Shown in pieces: positions 30,198 to 39,648 of a stretch of DNA of 64,000 nt (its first letter is position 1; each line of letters opens with the position of its first letter). The DNA comes from a bacterium (GTDB lineage: Bacteria; Synergistota; GBS-1). The stretch spans positions 32,001-96,000 of the forward strand of contig JASKLF010000006.1 in NCBI GenBank assembly GCA_030153785.1, given 5' to 3'. The position numbers and the translations under genes are program-made. Below the pieces are notes generated by a model. That model worked only from the letters and a program-made list of their open reading frames with translations, was not told the DNA's origin and did not search any database.

Positions 30198-31893
30198 CAA
30201 TACCTATACTCTTCTCGCCATTAAGATAAGCAGAAAAACAACCCTTATATACCCTAATGGCTGGGTGTTTCCCCAACTCGTAGGGTTTACTTTCAAACCA
30301 ATCTTTATTAAAGACATTGCCATCCGCACCAACAAATACAGGAAGGTAAAAAATTCCATCAACATCTAAATCGGCAAAGAAGTGAGTTCCATATGAAAGC
30401 TCTGGTGTAAAACCCTTTTCAAGGATACCAATTTCTACTATTAATCCACAATTAGATATTTCACTATATTCAACAGGAACTCCCTGATAAGGATTAGTGC
30501 TTCCCCATCTCCCTGGCCCTATTAATATAAAGCTTTCTCCTTCCAAACTCCTATTAATTTTCCCTATCTCGCGAGCAACCACAAAGGGATCAAAAAATTC
30601 TACATATTTCCAGGGATCAACATAAACGATATGACGAACCTTTTCTAAAATACCATTTGTAAGCATCTTGTTACCTCGAAGTATAATCCTTTCCTCAGGA
30701 ACCCCCCTTGGCAAAGCCACAGGTCTGTAAGACTCGTAACTCGATAAAGGTCTTAACTGAACTAATGCGAAAAAGCTCTCTCGAGGCTCCGAAGCAAACT
30801 CTATATCAACAGGCATTCCCATTTCTCTCTCAAACAACTTAAATAGAAAGCCCACCAACCTAAAGAAATTGGGGTAAGCTTTAGGAAAACCATCAAAGGT
30901 GAATATTATTTTGCCTTCGCTGAAAAGAGAAAAATTCGTTATCATCCCAGACTCAAAAGAAAAAACGCTTGCTATTTTCCCAAAATTGGGATGATATTTT
31001 ATTAAATCTTTCCTTTCATTTATGTTATAGGTCTTAAACTCTCCCGTCTCAAGATCGATAAGATCGAAATTCTCTTGTGAGTACCTCATTATCTCATAAG
31101 GATTATTGCCTTCCGGCCTAAGAGCAAGATTAGAAAGGGAAAATATCCTTGCATAGTTCCTGCCTGTACATCTTGTGCCTAATCCGAAAACAATTCTAAT
31201 AACCCCATCTTCAATCCGAATTCTTTCCGTCCATCTACGATAATTACGAGAAAAGCCTACCCCCGCAACTTCTGGATAAAACTCTTTCCCACGTGGCCTT
31301 CCTATAAGCTGTTGAACTATTACACCCATCCTCTCACCGCTTAGTGATCTTTTCCTTCTATACTCATTAGCAGCAGGGTTATAAGTACTGGCATAGATTT
31401 TCTTTATAGCAAGAGTTAATTCCCGCAATCTTTCCTCCAAGCTACCCCTATTGGAAACGAAGAGAGTAAGATACTTTCCCGCAAAGGAATATTTTATGCT
31501 ATCCTCAAGCAATGAGGAAGAACGAATGGCCAAGGGGTAATTCATTTCGCCCAACCATTTTTTGAAATCTTCAACTACTGAATTTGGGAAAGTGGCTTTT
31601 AAAAAAGCCTCTTTTATCTCATCCCAATCACTACCTTCTATTACATCTTCCAATGAATTAACTCTGATGAATTCTTCGAAAATTTCTGTGCTTATAAACC
31701 TGCTAGGAGGGATGTATACCGGCCAGGGAGGGATCTCACTAACATTCTCGAGAACAAACTTAGCAAAGAGCAATCCCTTTGCTTTCCCCCCCAAGCTTCC
31801 CTCCCCCAAAATGAAGTTTTTTTCTTCTACATAATCCCTTGGATTAAAATCCAAGTAATTTTTAACCTTAGTCCCATTAAACAAAAATATCAC
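30181..31893 (-). CDS. PEP/pyruvate-binding (PPDK_N-type ATP-grasp) domain protein
   Basis: GGKAKGL, AIRSSSLLED, FAGKY and GPGRWGS motifs; no recognisable phospho-His swivel or pyruvate barrel. Confidence 0.85.
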   Translation of the reverse strand: MIFLFNGTKVKNYLDFNPRDYVEEKNFILGEGSLGGKAKGLLFAKFVLENVSEIPPWPVYIPPSRFISTEIFEEFIRVNSLEDVIEGSDWDEIKEAFLKATFPNSVVEDFKKWLGEMNYPLAIRSSSLLEDSIKYSFAGKYLTLFVSNRGSLEERLRELTLAIKKIYASTYNPAANEYRRKRSLSGERMGVIVQQLIGRPRGKEFYPEVAGVGFSRNYRRWTERIRIEDGVIRIVFGLGTRCTGRNYARIFSLSNLALRPEGNNPYEIMRYSQENFDLIDLETGEFKTYNINERKDLIKYHPNFGKIASVFSFESGMITNFSLFSEGKIIFTFDGFPKAYPNFFRLVGFLFKLFEREMGMPVDIEFASEPRESFFALVQLRPLSSYESYRPVALPRGVPEERIILRGNKMLTNGILEKVRHIVYVDPWKYVEFFDPFVVAREIGKINRSLEGESFILIGPGRWGSTNPYQGVPVEYSEISNCGLIVEIGILEKGFTPELSYGTHFFADLDVDGIFYLPVFVGADGNVFNKDWFESKPYELGKHPAIRVYKGCFSAYLNGEKSIGIVIDEG

Positions 31894-31896
31894 TCC

Positions 31897-33270
31897 CTAA
31901 TTATTAAAACTTGACAAAGGAGGAGGAATCCTTCCTCCACGGCGTATAAAGCTTTTCACCTCACCCACCTCTACGGAAATTATAGGTGCTTCTCCAAGCA
32001 ACCCCCCCCAAACAGCCTTGTCTCCTACCTTCTTACCGGGAACAGGTATAAGCCTCACAGCTGTAGTTTTTGAATTAACAACCCCAATAGCCATTTCATC
32101 GGCAATTATACAAGCAATTACTTCTTCAGGAACATCACCAGGTATAGCTATCATATCCAAACCGACAGAGCAAACACAGGTCATGGCCTCAAGCTTTGCA
32201 AGGGATAATTTCCCTAAAGAAGCACACATTGCCATCTCCGCATCCTCGCTAACAGGAATAAAAGCCCCGCTCAATCCTCCAACGGAAGACGACGCCATTA
32301 TACCACCCTTTTTAACCGCATCGTTAAGCAAAGCAAGCGCTGCCGTTGTCCCAGGAAGACCACATCTTTCTATACCCATTGCTTCTATTATTTCCGCCAC
32401 GCTATCACCAGGACTTGGAGTAGGAGCAAGGGAAAGATCCACTATTCCAAAAGGTATTCCCAATCTCCCCGCTATTTCCCTTCCTAAAAGTTCCCCCGCC
32501 ATAGTAACTTTAAAAGCGGCTCTCTTTATTTCACCCGCTAATGTTCTAAAGTCTGCCCCCTTTAAGTCTTGAACCACAGCCTTTATCACACCAGGGCCAC
32601 TGATACCAACATTTATACAATACTCTCCTTCTTGTATACCGTGAAACGCACCTGCCATAAAGGGGTTATCAGATGGAGCATTTGCAAAAACAACAAATTT
32701 TGCAGCACCTATTCCATCCCTTGATGCTGTTAACTCCGCTGACCTTTTCACAACCCTTGCACAGAGATTAACAGCATCAACGTTTATCCCAGCTTTCGTT
32801 GAAGCAACGTTAGCAAAAGAACATACCTTTTCTGTAGAGGATAGGACTTCCGGAACGATATTTATAAATTGACTTTCCCATTTAGTCATTCCCTTTTCAA
32901 CAAGAGCACCAAATCCACCAATGAAATCGACGCTAACTTCGTTCGCTGCAAGCTCTAATACCTTCCCAAGTTCCAACAAGTCTTTCTCGCTGAAGCCCGC
33001 ACTTATCAAAGACACAGGCGTCACAGATATTCTGGAGTTAACTATTGGTATCCCATACTCCTCTTCTACTTCCCTCACAGTCTTAACAAGGTCCTTAGCC
33101 GTGCTGACAATCTTCAGATAAACCTTCTCTATTACCTCCTTAGGATCTTTTCCACGGCAATCTAAAAGAGAAATGCCCAGTGTAATTGTTCTTATGTCAA
33201 GCTTCTCCTCTTTAACCATTTGAATTGTCTCCATTATTTCATTTAAAGAAACAAATCCTTTCTTCATCAA
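31897..33270 (-). CDS. UPF0210 / PFL-like (DUF711) protein
   Basis: [23 protein letters not shown] and CVCSVGLDM motifs. Confidence 0.92.
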   Translation of the reverse strand: MMKKGFVSLNEIMETIQMVKEEKLDIRTITLGISLLDCRGKDPKEVIEKVYLKIVSTAKDLVKTVREVEEEYGIPIVNSRISVTPVSLISAGFSEKDLLELGKVLELAANEVSVDFIGGFGALVEKGMTKWESQFINIVPEVLSSTEKVCSFANVASTKAGINVDAVNLCARVVKRSAELTASRDGIGAAKFVVFANAPSDNPFMAGAFHGIQEGEYCINVGISGPGVIKAVVQDLKGADFRTLAGEIKRAAFKVTMAGELLGREIAGRLGIPFGIVDLSLAPTPSPGDSVAEIIEAMGIERCGLPGTTAALALLNDAVKKGGIMASSSVGGLSGAFIPVSEDAEMAMCASLGKLSLAKLEAMTCVCSVGLDMIAIPGDVPEEVIACIIADEMAIGVVNSKTTAVRLIPVPGKKVGDKAVWGGLLGEAPIISVEVGEVKSFIRRGGRIPPPLSSFNN

Positions 33271-33276
33271 ATCACC

Positions 33277-33549
33277 TCAGATCCTATGCATAGCCTTAAA
33301 TATCTCCTCTCGCTGAACCCATACCTCAACTCCCAGCTCTTTTCCCTTTTCCTGTAAAGCCCTTTTAAGCTCAGAAAAAGAACTCGACATGTTCGATATA
33401 TCAACTATCATGGCCATGACAAATATACCCTGCATTATGGTTTGGCTTATATCTTCAATATTAACATTATAGTTAGCAAGCAAACTTGAAATTCCAGCTA
33501 CTATACCAACCCTGTCTACTCCCATAACCGTAACAACAGCTCTCGACAC
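33277..33549 (-). CDS. ACT-domain protein (UPF0237)
   Basis: VTVMG.DRVGIVA, NIEDISQT and IF.AMHRI motifs; usual partner of UPF0210. Confidence 0.92.
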   Translation of the reverse strand: MSRAVVTVMGVDRVGIVAGISSLLANYNVNIEDISQTIMQGIFVMAMIVDISNMSSSFSELKRALQEKGKELGVEVWVQREEIFKAMHRI

Positions 33550-33561
33550 CTTTCCTCCCCC

Positions 33562-34416
33562 CTAAAGCAAATGAAGTCCCTCTATCAAGTGGAACACATT
33601 TTGAATATCCTTGGTCAAATCAATCTGAAGAACGGAAAGCTTTGCCTTCTCATACCCATAACGAGCAGAGAAAATGGAGATTAGCTTATCAGAAAAGACC
33701 TTATGTCCCTTATCCCCTACAAATTGATGCCCCCGAACCATTACCTTAGCTCCAACAACCTTTAGAAACTCCTCCAAATCATACTCTGAAAAGGCTTTCG
33801 TTCCTCCCCCTCTTGGAACATAGTCCTCATCCAAAGGATCATTCCAGAGAAGCTGAAATTCTTCCTTCCCCTTCGCTATCTCTTCAAGAGTAATAGGGGG
33901 AACGGTGGCGCCTCCATGAACCAAAATAATCTTATCAGGAACATAGGCACATACAGGTAAAATTTCGTATATCTCCCTTAACTCGGCATACAAACTCTGG
34001 CTTTCCGGACCTAACTTCCAATATAGTTCTGACAAGAAACCATAAAATCGATTCATATTCAAATCCTCATGATTTCCTCTAAGTAATATCAACCGCCTGC
34101 CCAAGTTTTTTCTTAGCTCAAAAAGTTCCTCGAAAACCTCAAGCCCCTCATTCCCCCTGTCCACATAATCGCCTAAGAAAAGAATATGATCTTTTTCTCT
34201 ATCAAACCTATCAAATATAAAATCAAGTATCTCTTGAAGCGAGTCAGCTTCTCCATGGATGTCTCCGACCACAAAGAGGTTCCCTCTTGGAGGAATAACG
34301 ACGAGCTTACCAAAGAAACGAACCTCCTCTACATCAAAGGTCAATCTCTCAGGGGATTCTCTCTCTCTCAAAAGGTCACTCTTTACGTCCTTAAGCAGCT
34401 TCAATAAGCTCTCCAT
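33562..34416 (-). CDS. PPP-family Ser/Thr protein phosphatase
   Basis: GDIHG, GDYVDRG, RGNHE, HGG, LLWNDP, RGHQ and IFSA motifs. Confidence 0.88.
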   Translation of the reverse strand: MESLLKLLKDVKSDLLRERESPERLTFDVEEVRFFGKLVVIPPRGNLFVVGDIHGEADSLQEILDFIFDRFDREKDHILFLGDYVDRGNEGLEVFEELFELRKNLGRRLILLRGNHEDLNMNRFYGFLSELYWKLGPESQSLYAELREIYEILPVCAYVPDKIILVHGGATVPPITLEEIAKGKEEFQLLWNDPLDEDYVPRGGGTKAFSEYDLEEFLKVVGAKVMVRGHQFVGDKGHKVFSDKLISIFSARYGYEKAKLSVLQIDLTKDIQNVFHLIEGLHLL

Positions 34417-35386
34417 TTAAGACTCCCCTCTTAAACTTATCTTGCCATCTTCCACATCTATCTCCCCAACACGCCAAAGGTTCAGAATTTCTATATATTA
34501 CCACAATTTCACATCTGTTAGGACACGCTTTACATTCAAAAGATGAGGTCTTAAAGTTTTCTTCTACTATTTGAAAACCCCTAAAAGATGTACTTACTCC
34601 CTCCTCCTCGATAAACTTTTTAGCCAATATAGCCATACCTAACGCTCCCATAACATTAAAGTATTTCGGGACATAAACAGGCGTACCAAGTTCTTTCTCA
34701 AAAGCCCTTCTTATTCCAAGGTTAGCAGCAACCCCACCTTGAAAGACATAGGGAGGCTGCAAATCCTTCCCTTTCGCAACATTAGCAAGATAGTTTCTTA
34801 CAAGCGCGTCACAAAGCCCTGCGATTATATCTTCAACCGCATACCCCATCTGTTGCTTGTGAATCATGTCAGACTCAGCAAAAACGGTGCAGCGCCCAGC
34901 TATCCTAACAGGATTTTTGCTCCTTAAAGCATATTCTCCAAATCTTTCTATTTCGATACCAAGCCTTTGAGCTTGATGGTCAAGAAAAGAACCCGTTCCA
35001 GCCGCACAGACTGTATTCATCGCAAAATCAACCACTACACCATCTCTTATTATTATTATCTTGGAATCCTGCCCCCCAATCTCAAACACGGTCCTCACAT
35101 CAGGAACTTCATGGATGGCAGCAATAGCATGCGCCGTTATCTCATTCTTAATTATGTCAGCACCAGTTATTACACCCGCAAGAAATCTTGCACTACCAGT
35201 CGTTCCCACCCCACAAACCTGCAAGCCATTTATATCTTTCTCAACAAGCTTTAACCCGTTGAGCAATGCATTAATTGGTCTACCCGCTGTTCTTATATAA
35301 ATAGCCGAAAGCACTTCATAGTTCTCAGAAAGGGCAACTATATTAGTGCTAACCGAGCCGATATCTATACCTAAATAAACCTTCAT
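34391..35386 (-). CDS. HgdC/BadF-type (ASKHA) CoA-dehydratase activase with C-terminal Cys cluster
   Basis: GIDIGS, EIGGQDSK, CAAGTG, RCTVFAES and CKACPNRC motifs. Confidence 0.92.
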   Translation of the reverse strand: MKVYLGIDIGSVSTNIVALSENYEVLSAIYIRTAGRPINALLNGLKLVEKDINGLQVCGVGTTGSARFLAGVITGADIIKNEITAHAIAAIHEVPDVRTVFEIGGQDSKIIIIRDGVVVDFAMNTVCAAGTGSFLDHQAQRLGIEIERFGEYALRSKNPVRIAGRCTVFAESDMIHKQQMGYAVEDIIAGLCDALVRNYLANVAKGKDLQPPYVFQGGVAANLGIRRAFEKELGTPVYVPKYFNVMGALGMAILAKKFIEEEGVSTSFRGFQIVEENFKTSSFECKACPNRCEIVVIYRNSEPLACWGDRCGRWQDKFKRGVLNGELIEAA

Positions 35387-36354
35387 GCTCTAGCCCTCCC
35401 CTTCTTCCATCTTACAAGGTCGGTAAAAGCTTCAAGACGAGTTACTAATCCAGCCTCGGCTGTGTGCTCATCCACAACTATTCGCATGAGGGGTTTACCA
35501 TGCTTTTTAGCTTCAAACTCTATAAGCCTCCCTACCCACGCATCGGTCCCACAAGAAAAAGAAGATATATGAATCACCCCTTCTACCTCAGGTCTCTTAA
35601 AAAGATAAAAAGCCGCCCCAAGCACCTTATTACTCTGAGACCAAAAAAGAGGTTTAAACAAAGCTCTAAGGTTCTTCTCTATTTCTTTGGGATTCACCAT
35701 TTCCGGCGTGATTACATTAAAGCCTAAATTAGTTAATCTCTTTATCAAAGAATGGCTAACATAATCATCGTAGATAAGATAAGGGTAACCAACCACCCCT
35801 ATTGAAGATCCATGTTTTTTTTCTCTTTCTTTGACTTCTCGGTTTTCCAAAGCAATCGTTCTCGCTTCGTCAGGCAAAAATCCAAGTTTCATTAATTCAA
35901 AAACTCTTATGGATGCTTCCCTTGCCCTTCTATAGGCTCTCAATATCTTCCCCAAATCGCTACCTAACTTTCTGCCAACTTTCCAATAAAAAGAAAACCT
36001 GCGCCATGAAGTTCCAAGATAAGCGTTAACTGAAAAGACATCCGGAACGGAAACCCTTATAATATCTGGTAGTCCTCTGAATTTAGGACAAAGCGTTATT
36101 CTTTTCCATCGATCAAGATTCATTAAGCGAGGAGCAAAAATGGTTTCCACCCTATTTTTTAGATACATAGAGTGTCCCACAGTAAGCTTAAGCGATATAC
36201 AAGCTTCATTAACCCCCTCCTTAACACCCATGTCTAATATCTCTTTATTGGTAGGAGGAGAAAGTTCTACACTATGTCCAAGGCTTTCCAAAAAAACCTT
36301 CCACTCCGTTAAAAAGGGCTCATAATAAAGACCTCGTGGGATACCAAATCTCAA
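35383..36354 (-). CDS. CoA enzyme activase-associated protein (DUF2229-like)
   Basis: GIPRGL, EAC, CPKF.GLPD, SFSCGTD and DEHT.EAGL.TRLEAF motifs. Confidence 0.85.
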   Translation of the reverse strand: MRFGIPRGLYYEPFLTEWKVFLESLGHSVELSPPTNKEILDMGVKEGVNEACISLKLTVGHSMYLKNRVETIFAPRLMNLDRWKRITLCPKFRGLPDIIRVSVPDVFSVNAYLGTSWRRFSFYWKVGRKLGSDLGKILRAYRRAREASIRVFELMKLGFLPDEARTIALENREVKEREKKHGSSIGVVGYPYLIYDDYVSHSLIKRLTNLGFNVITPEMVNPKEIEKNLRALFKPLFWSQSNKVLGAAFYLFKRPEVEGVIHISSFSCGTDAWVGRLIEFEAKKHGKPLMRIVVDEHTAEAGLVTRLEAFTDLVRWKKGRARA

Positions 36355-37484
36355 GCTGCAAGCCTCCTTCTCATCTGAAGAAGATCTATAAAAGCCTCCA
36401 AACGCGTTATCAATCCAGCTTCGCCAGTAAACTCATCAAAAGATAAACTTAAAACTGGGATATCAAGCTCCCTACTAACCCTTTCTAAGATGCTACGAGC
36501 TACCACCTCAGGCATACAGGAAAAGGGTAAAATATGCACCACCCCATCAAAACCTTTTTTCTTAAACATTACCGTATGAGCAACCGTTTCTCTCCCATGT
36601 CCACCAACAAATTCATTTAGAAAAGGTTTAGAATACTTTTCTATTTCCTCTTTACCCTTGTATCCAACTATCTGTTTTAACGGAAAAGGTAACCCTGGAA
36701 ATATATTATACTCTATAAACTCGGTTGTCCAAACAGCCCTTTCGATTTCAACTCCACGCTCATTCAAAAGCTTCTCCGTGTTTAAATTAGAAAAAGGTTC
36801 CAAAATGGTGTATATCTCTCCCACAACACCAACCTTCAATACATTATCCCTTTCGGGTGGAATAGATTCCATCTTCTCTCGGGCTTCTTCAAAAATCCTG
36901 TCAACCTCATCTAAGTCCCTAGAAAGGTTCATCTTATCTATTGCACTCTTAAATATCGCCTCAACCTTTGATGAATCCTTAACCCACGCCCTTTTCTTTA
37001 AAAGAAGAGCTTCTAATTCCTCTACCCTCTTAAGCTTCCTCCAAGCAAGCTTAAATCCTCTAACAAGTCTTTTTATAAAATCCCTCCAAGAAAGTTCACT
37101 TTTCCATTTAAGAACTATATCCCAAACCCTCTTAAAACTACCGTAAGGCTTAACAGGAGGATCCAGTAAAATGAAATCGAAATTATATCCCAATTCCTCT
37201 TTCAATATTTTCTCATACATTACACCATAAAATCCATACCTACATGGGCCTATGCCTCCCGCTGTTATTATAGTATCCACCTTTCCGGTTTCGAGAGCTT
37301 CTATCAAGTTTCCCAAAGTAATCTTAAAAGGAAAGCACGCAAATTCAGGAGCATGTTTAACGCCAAGGTCAAGGGTTCTTTTAGTCAGCGGTAGAGGTTC
37401 AAAAAATTCATGTCCTAACTCATCAAAAACTGCCCTAAAACCTATATAACTGTAACCCATCCTTGGAAGAGTCACTTTTCTCAT
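36351..37484 (-). CDS. CoA-protein activase / dehydratase-associated subunit
   Basis: PEFACFPFK, GPCRYG, VVGEIY, PFSCMPE and TRLEAF motifs. Confidence 0.85.
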   Translation of the reverse strand: MRKVTLPRMGYSYIGFRAVFDELGHEFFEPLPLTKRTLDLGVKHAPEFACFPFKITLGNLIEALETGKVDTIITAGGIGPCRYGFYGVMYEKILKEELGYNFDFILLDPPVKPYGSFKRVWDIVLKWKSELSWRDFIKRLVRGFKLAWRKLKRVEELEALLLKKRAWVKDSSKVEAIFKSAIDKMNLSRDLDEVDRIFEEAREKMESIPPERDNVLKVGVVGEIYTILEPFSNLNTEKLLNERGVEIERAVWTTEFIEYNIFPGLPFPLKQIVGYKGKEEIEKYSKPFLNEFVGGHGRETVAHTVMFKKKGFDGVVHILPFSCMPEVVARSILERVSRELDIPVLSLSFDEFTGEAGLITRLEAFIDLLQMRRRLAA

Positions 37485-38788
37485 TCCCCATCGAGCTCCT
37501 TAAAACGAGAAAATATATAATCCACCTTCCTGAGTATGTTCTTAAAATCAAAAGACTCCTCCAAGTCCTCGCTTGTTAAAAACTGAGCCACTTCTTCATC
37601 GCTCAAAAGTAAATCTTTAAAGCTCTTCTTATCTTTCCAGGCCTTAATGGAAATTCTCTGAACTATATCATAAGCTTTATTCCTTGGAACCCCTTTTGAA
37701 AGAAGCTTGGTTAAAATTTCGCTTGAGAAAATCAATCCTTTCGTTAAGTCAAGATTCTCTCTCATTTTATCCCTGTCAATTTCAAGCCCCTCCAAAATTC
37801 TTTTAAGAAGATCAAGCATGTAGAACAAAACGCTTGTAGTCTGAGGAAGAGAAAAGCGCTCAAAAGAAGAATGAGAAATGTCTCTTTCGTGCCACAATGC
37901 TATATTCTCAAAGCTTGGGGAGAGAAAGCCTCGTAATAAACGAGAAAGACCACAGAGCCTTTCACAGAGAACGGGATTTCTCTTGTGCGGCATAGCAGAG
38001 GAACCTCTCTGCCCCTTATAGAACGGCTCATAAACTTCGCTAACTTCCGTCCTCTGAAGGTGTCTAATTTCAAGCGCTATTCTCTCACAAAAAGAACCTA
38101 AAAGAGCTAAAACCGAGATTAAAAAAGCATATCTATCACGAGGTATTATCTGAGTCGAAATGGGTTCCACCTTTAACCCCAAAGCGCTACAAACATACTC
38201 CTCTACACGAGGATCTAACATCGAATATGTTCCAACAGCTCCAGATATTTTTCCATAAGATATTTCCTCCTCGGCAAGGTCAAGCCTTTTCATATTTCTT
38301 AAAAGTTCACTGTAAAATCCCAACAACTTTAAACCAAAGGTTATAGGCTCTGCATGAATTCCATGGGTTCTTCCAGCCTGAACGGCATCTTTATACTCTA
38401 AAGCCCGGGCATAAAGCAATTCTTTCAGCTCAAGTGTTTTCCTTTTTATAGCACCTATGGCCTCCTTTAAGAGTAAAGCATTTGCAGTATCTATTACATC
38501 AGAAGATGTCAAACCATAATGGAGGTAAGGAGAAAGCTCTTCGCCAATGCTTTCCTCTACAGACCTCAAAAAAGCTATAACATCGTGACGATAGATTTTT
38601 TCAAACTCCTCTATTTTCTGTAAGTCAAAAGAGGCTCGCTCTCTCATCCTCTTAGGAACATCGGGAGGAAAAACGCCTATCTTAGCCCACCCCTCAGCGA
38701 CAAGGAGCTCTATTTCTAACCACTTATTAAACTTGTTCTCCTCAGACCATATACTTTCCATTTCCGGCAATAGATACCGCTTTATAAT
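37481..38788 (-). CDS. purB: Adenylosuccinate lyase (probable ATT start)
   Basis: GRTHG and GSSAMPHKRNP motifs; the conserved N-terminus (M)IKRY..PEM begins at ATT 38788, 7 nt after SD GGAGGG. Confidence 0.95.
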   Translation of the reverse strand: MIKRYLLPEMESIWSEENKFNKWLEIELLVAEGWAKIGVFPPDVPKRMRERASFDLQKIEEFEKIYRHDVIAFLRSVEESIGEELSPYLHYGLTSSDVIDTANALLLKEAIGAIKRKTLELKELLYARALEYKDAVQAGRTHGIHAEPITFGLKLLGFYSELLRNMKRLDLAEEEISYGKISGAVGTYSMLDPRVEEYVCSALGLKVEPISTQIIPRDRYAFLISVLALLGSFCERIALEIRHLQRTEVSEVYEPFYKGQRGSSAMPHKRNPVLCERLCGLSRLLRGFLSPSFENIALWHERDISHSSFERFSLPQTTSVLFYMLDLLKRILEGLEIDRDKMRENLDLTKGLIFSSEILTKLLSKGVPRNKAYDIVQRISIKAWKDKKSFKDLLLSDEEVAQFLTSEDLEESFDFKNILRKVDYIFSRFKELDGE

Positions 38789-39648
38789 CTTAGAACCCTC
38801 CCTTCGTAAAATTCCAGTGCTTCAAAACCAAACTCGCCACTTACAAAAAGAAAGTCTGGTTTTAATAAAGACGCTATCTCCTGCACCTTTCCCTTGAAGG
38901 AAAAAACGTAATCTATAAGGTCTACATGAGACAGAGCCTCAGCTTCTTCTCTATCTCCTAAAACAGCGAGAATGAGAACATCTACATTCTTTCTTGCCTT
39001 CTGAACAAGCTCCATTATCTCTATTATATCTCTTTTTCTCTTGATAACCAAAACTCCTTTTGTCTTTTGAAGTTCCCCCAATACTCCTTTTAGTGCCCAT
39101 AAGGTGGTTAACTTCGAAGTTGGTGGAAAAGAAGATCTTAAATCCTCAAAATACTTTTTCCTGATTTTCAAAAAAAACTCGTGGTATTCCTCACTTCTAT
39201 AATCTGGATATGTATAATCAAAGGGAATATATCTTCCATCCTTGAATCTCAAGGTAACTTCCGCGTAGATACCCTTGCCAATGTATATTCTATGAGCCTG
39301 GTCCTTCGTTGTAGCCAACACAAGCTTGCCACCTTCTATATACCCAGGATCTAAGTTGATCTTCCTTTGTTCTCCTTCCAGTCTGTTAGTAAACCGCTTG
39401 ATATCCACTATTTGCTCGGGAGATATCAAAGGGACAAAAGAAACGAAAACTCTTTTAAGGTCGGAGCCCAGCTCTTCCTCATAATAGTTAGTCCACTTAA
39501 AAGGTATCTCTTCGCTTTCAAGGTCTATCTCTCCCAAACTACTAACAAGGGAATCCCTTATCTCATCAAAGGCTCTTCTATCTCCATATAAAATTCCCAC
39601 AAAAAGCTTGACCGGAAAAGGAGGACGTTCCTTTCCCAATTTATTCAC
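38782..39648 (-). CDS. DUF4416 protein with C-terminal degenerate nucleotidyltransferase-like domain
   Basis: T.YY..E.G, INLDPGY, LATTK...HRIY..KGIYAE.TL and YTYPDY motifs; about 110 extra C-terminal aa. Confidence 0.85.
   Translation of the reverse strand: MNKLGKERPPFPVKLFVGILYGDRRAFDEIRDSLVSSLGEIDLESEEIPFKWTNYYEEELGSDLKRVFVSFVPLISPEQIVDIKRFTNRLEGEQRKINLDPGYIEGGKLVLATTKDQAHRIYIGKGIYAEVTLRFKDGRYIPFDYTYPDYRSEEYHEFFLKIRKKYFEDLRSSFPPTSKLTTLWALKGVLGELQKTKGVLVIKRKRDIIEIMELVQKARKNVDVLILAVLGDREEAEALSHVDLIDYVFSFKGKVQEIASLLKPDFLFVSGEFGFEALEFYEGRVLRL

Noticed and set aside
30181..31893. Idea that the PPDK_N protein is a glucan-water dikinase for the nearby glycogen cluster
   Set aside because: No carbohydrate-binding or recognisable phospho-His domain; opposite strand and separate operon
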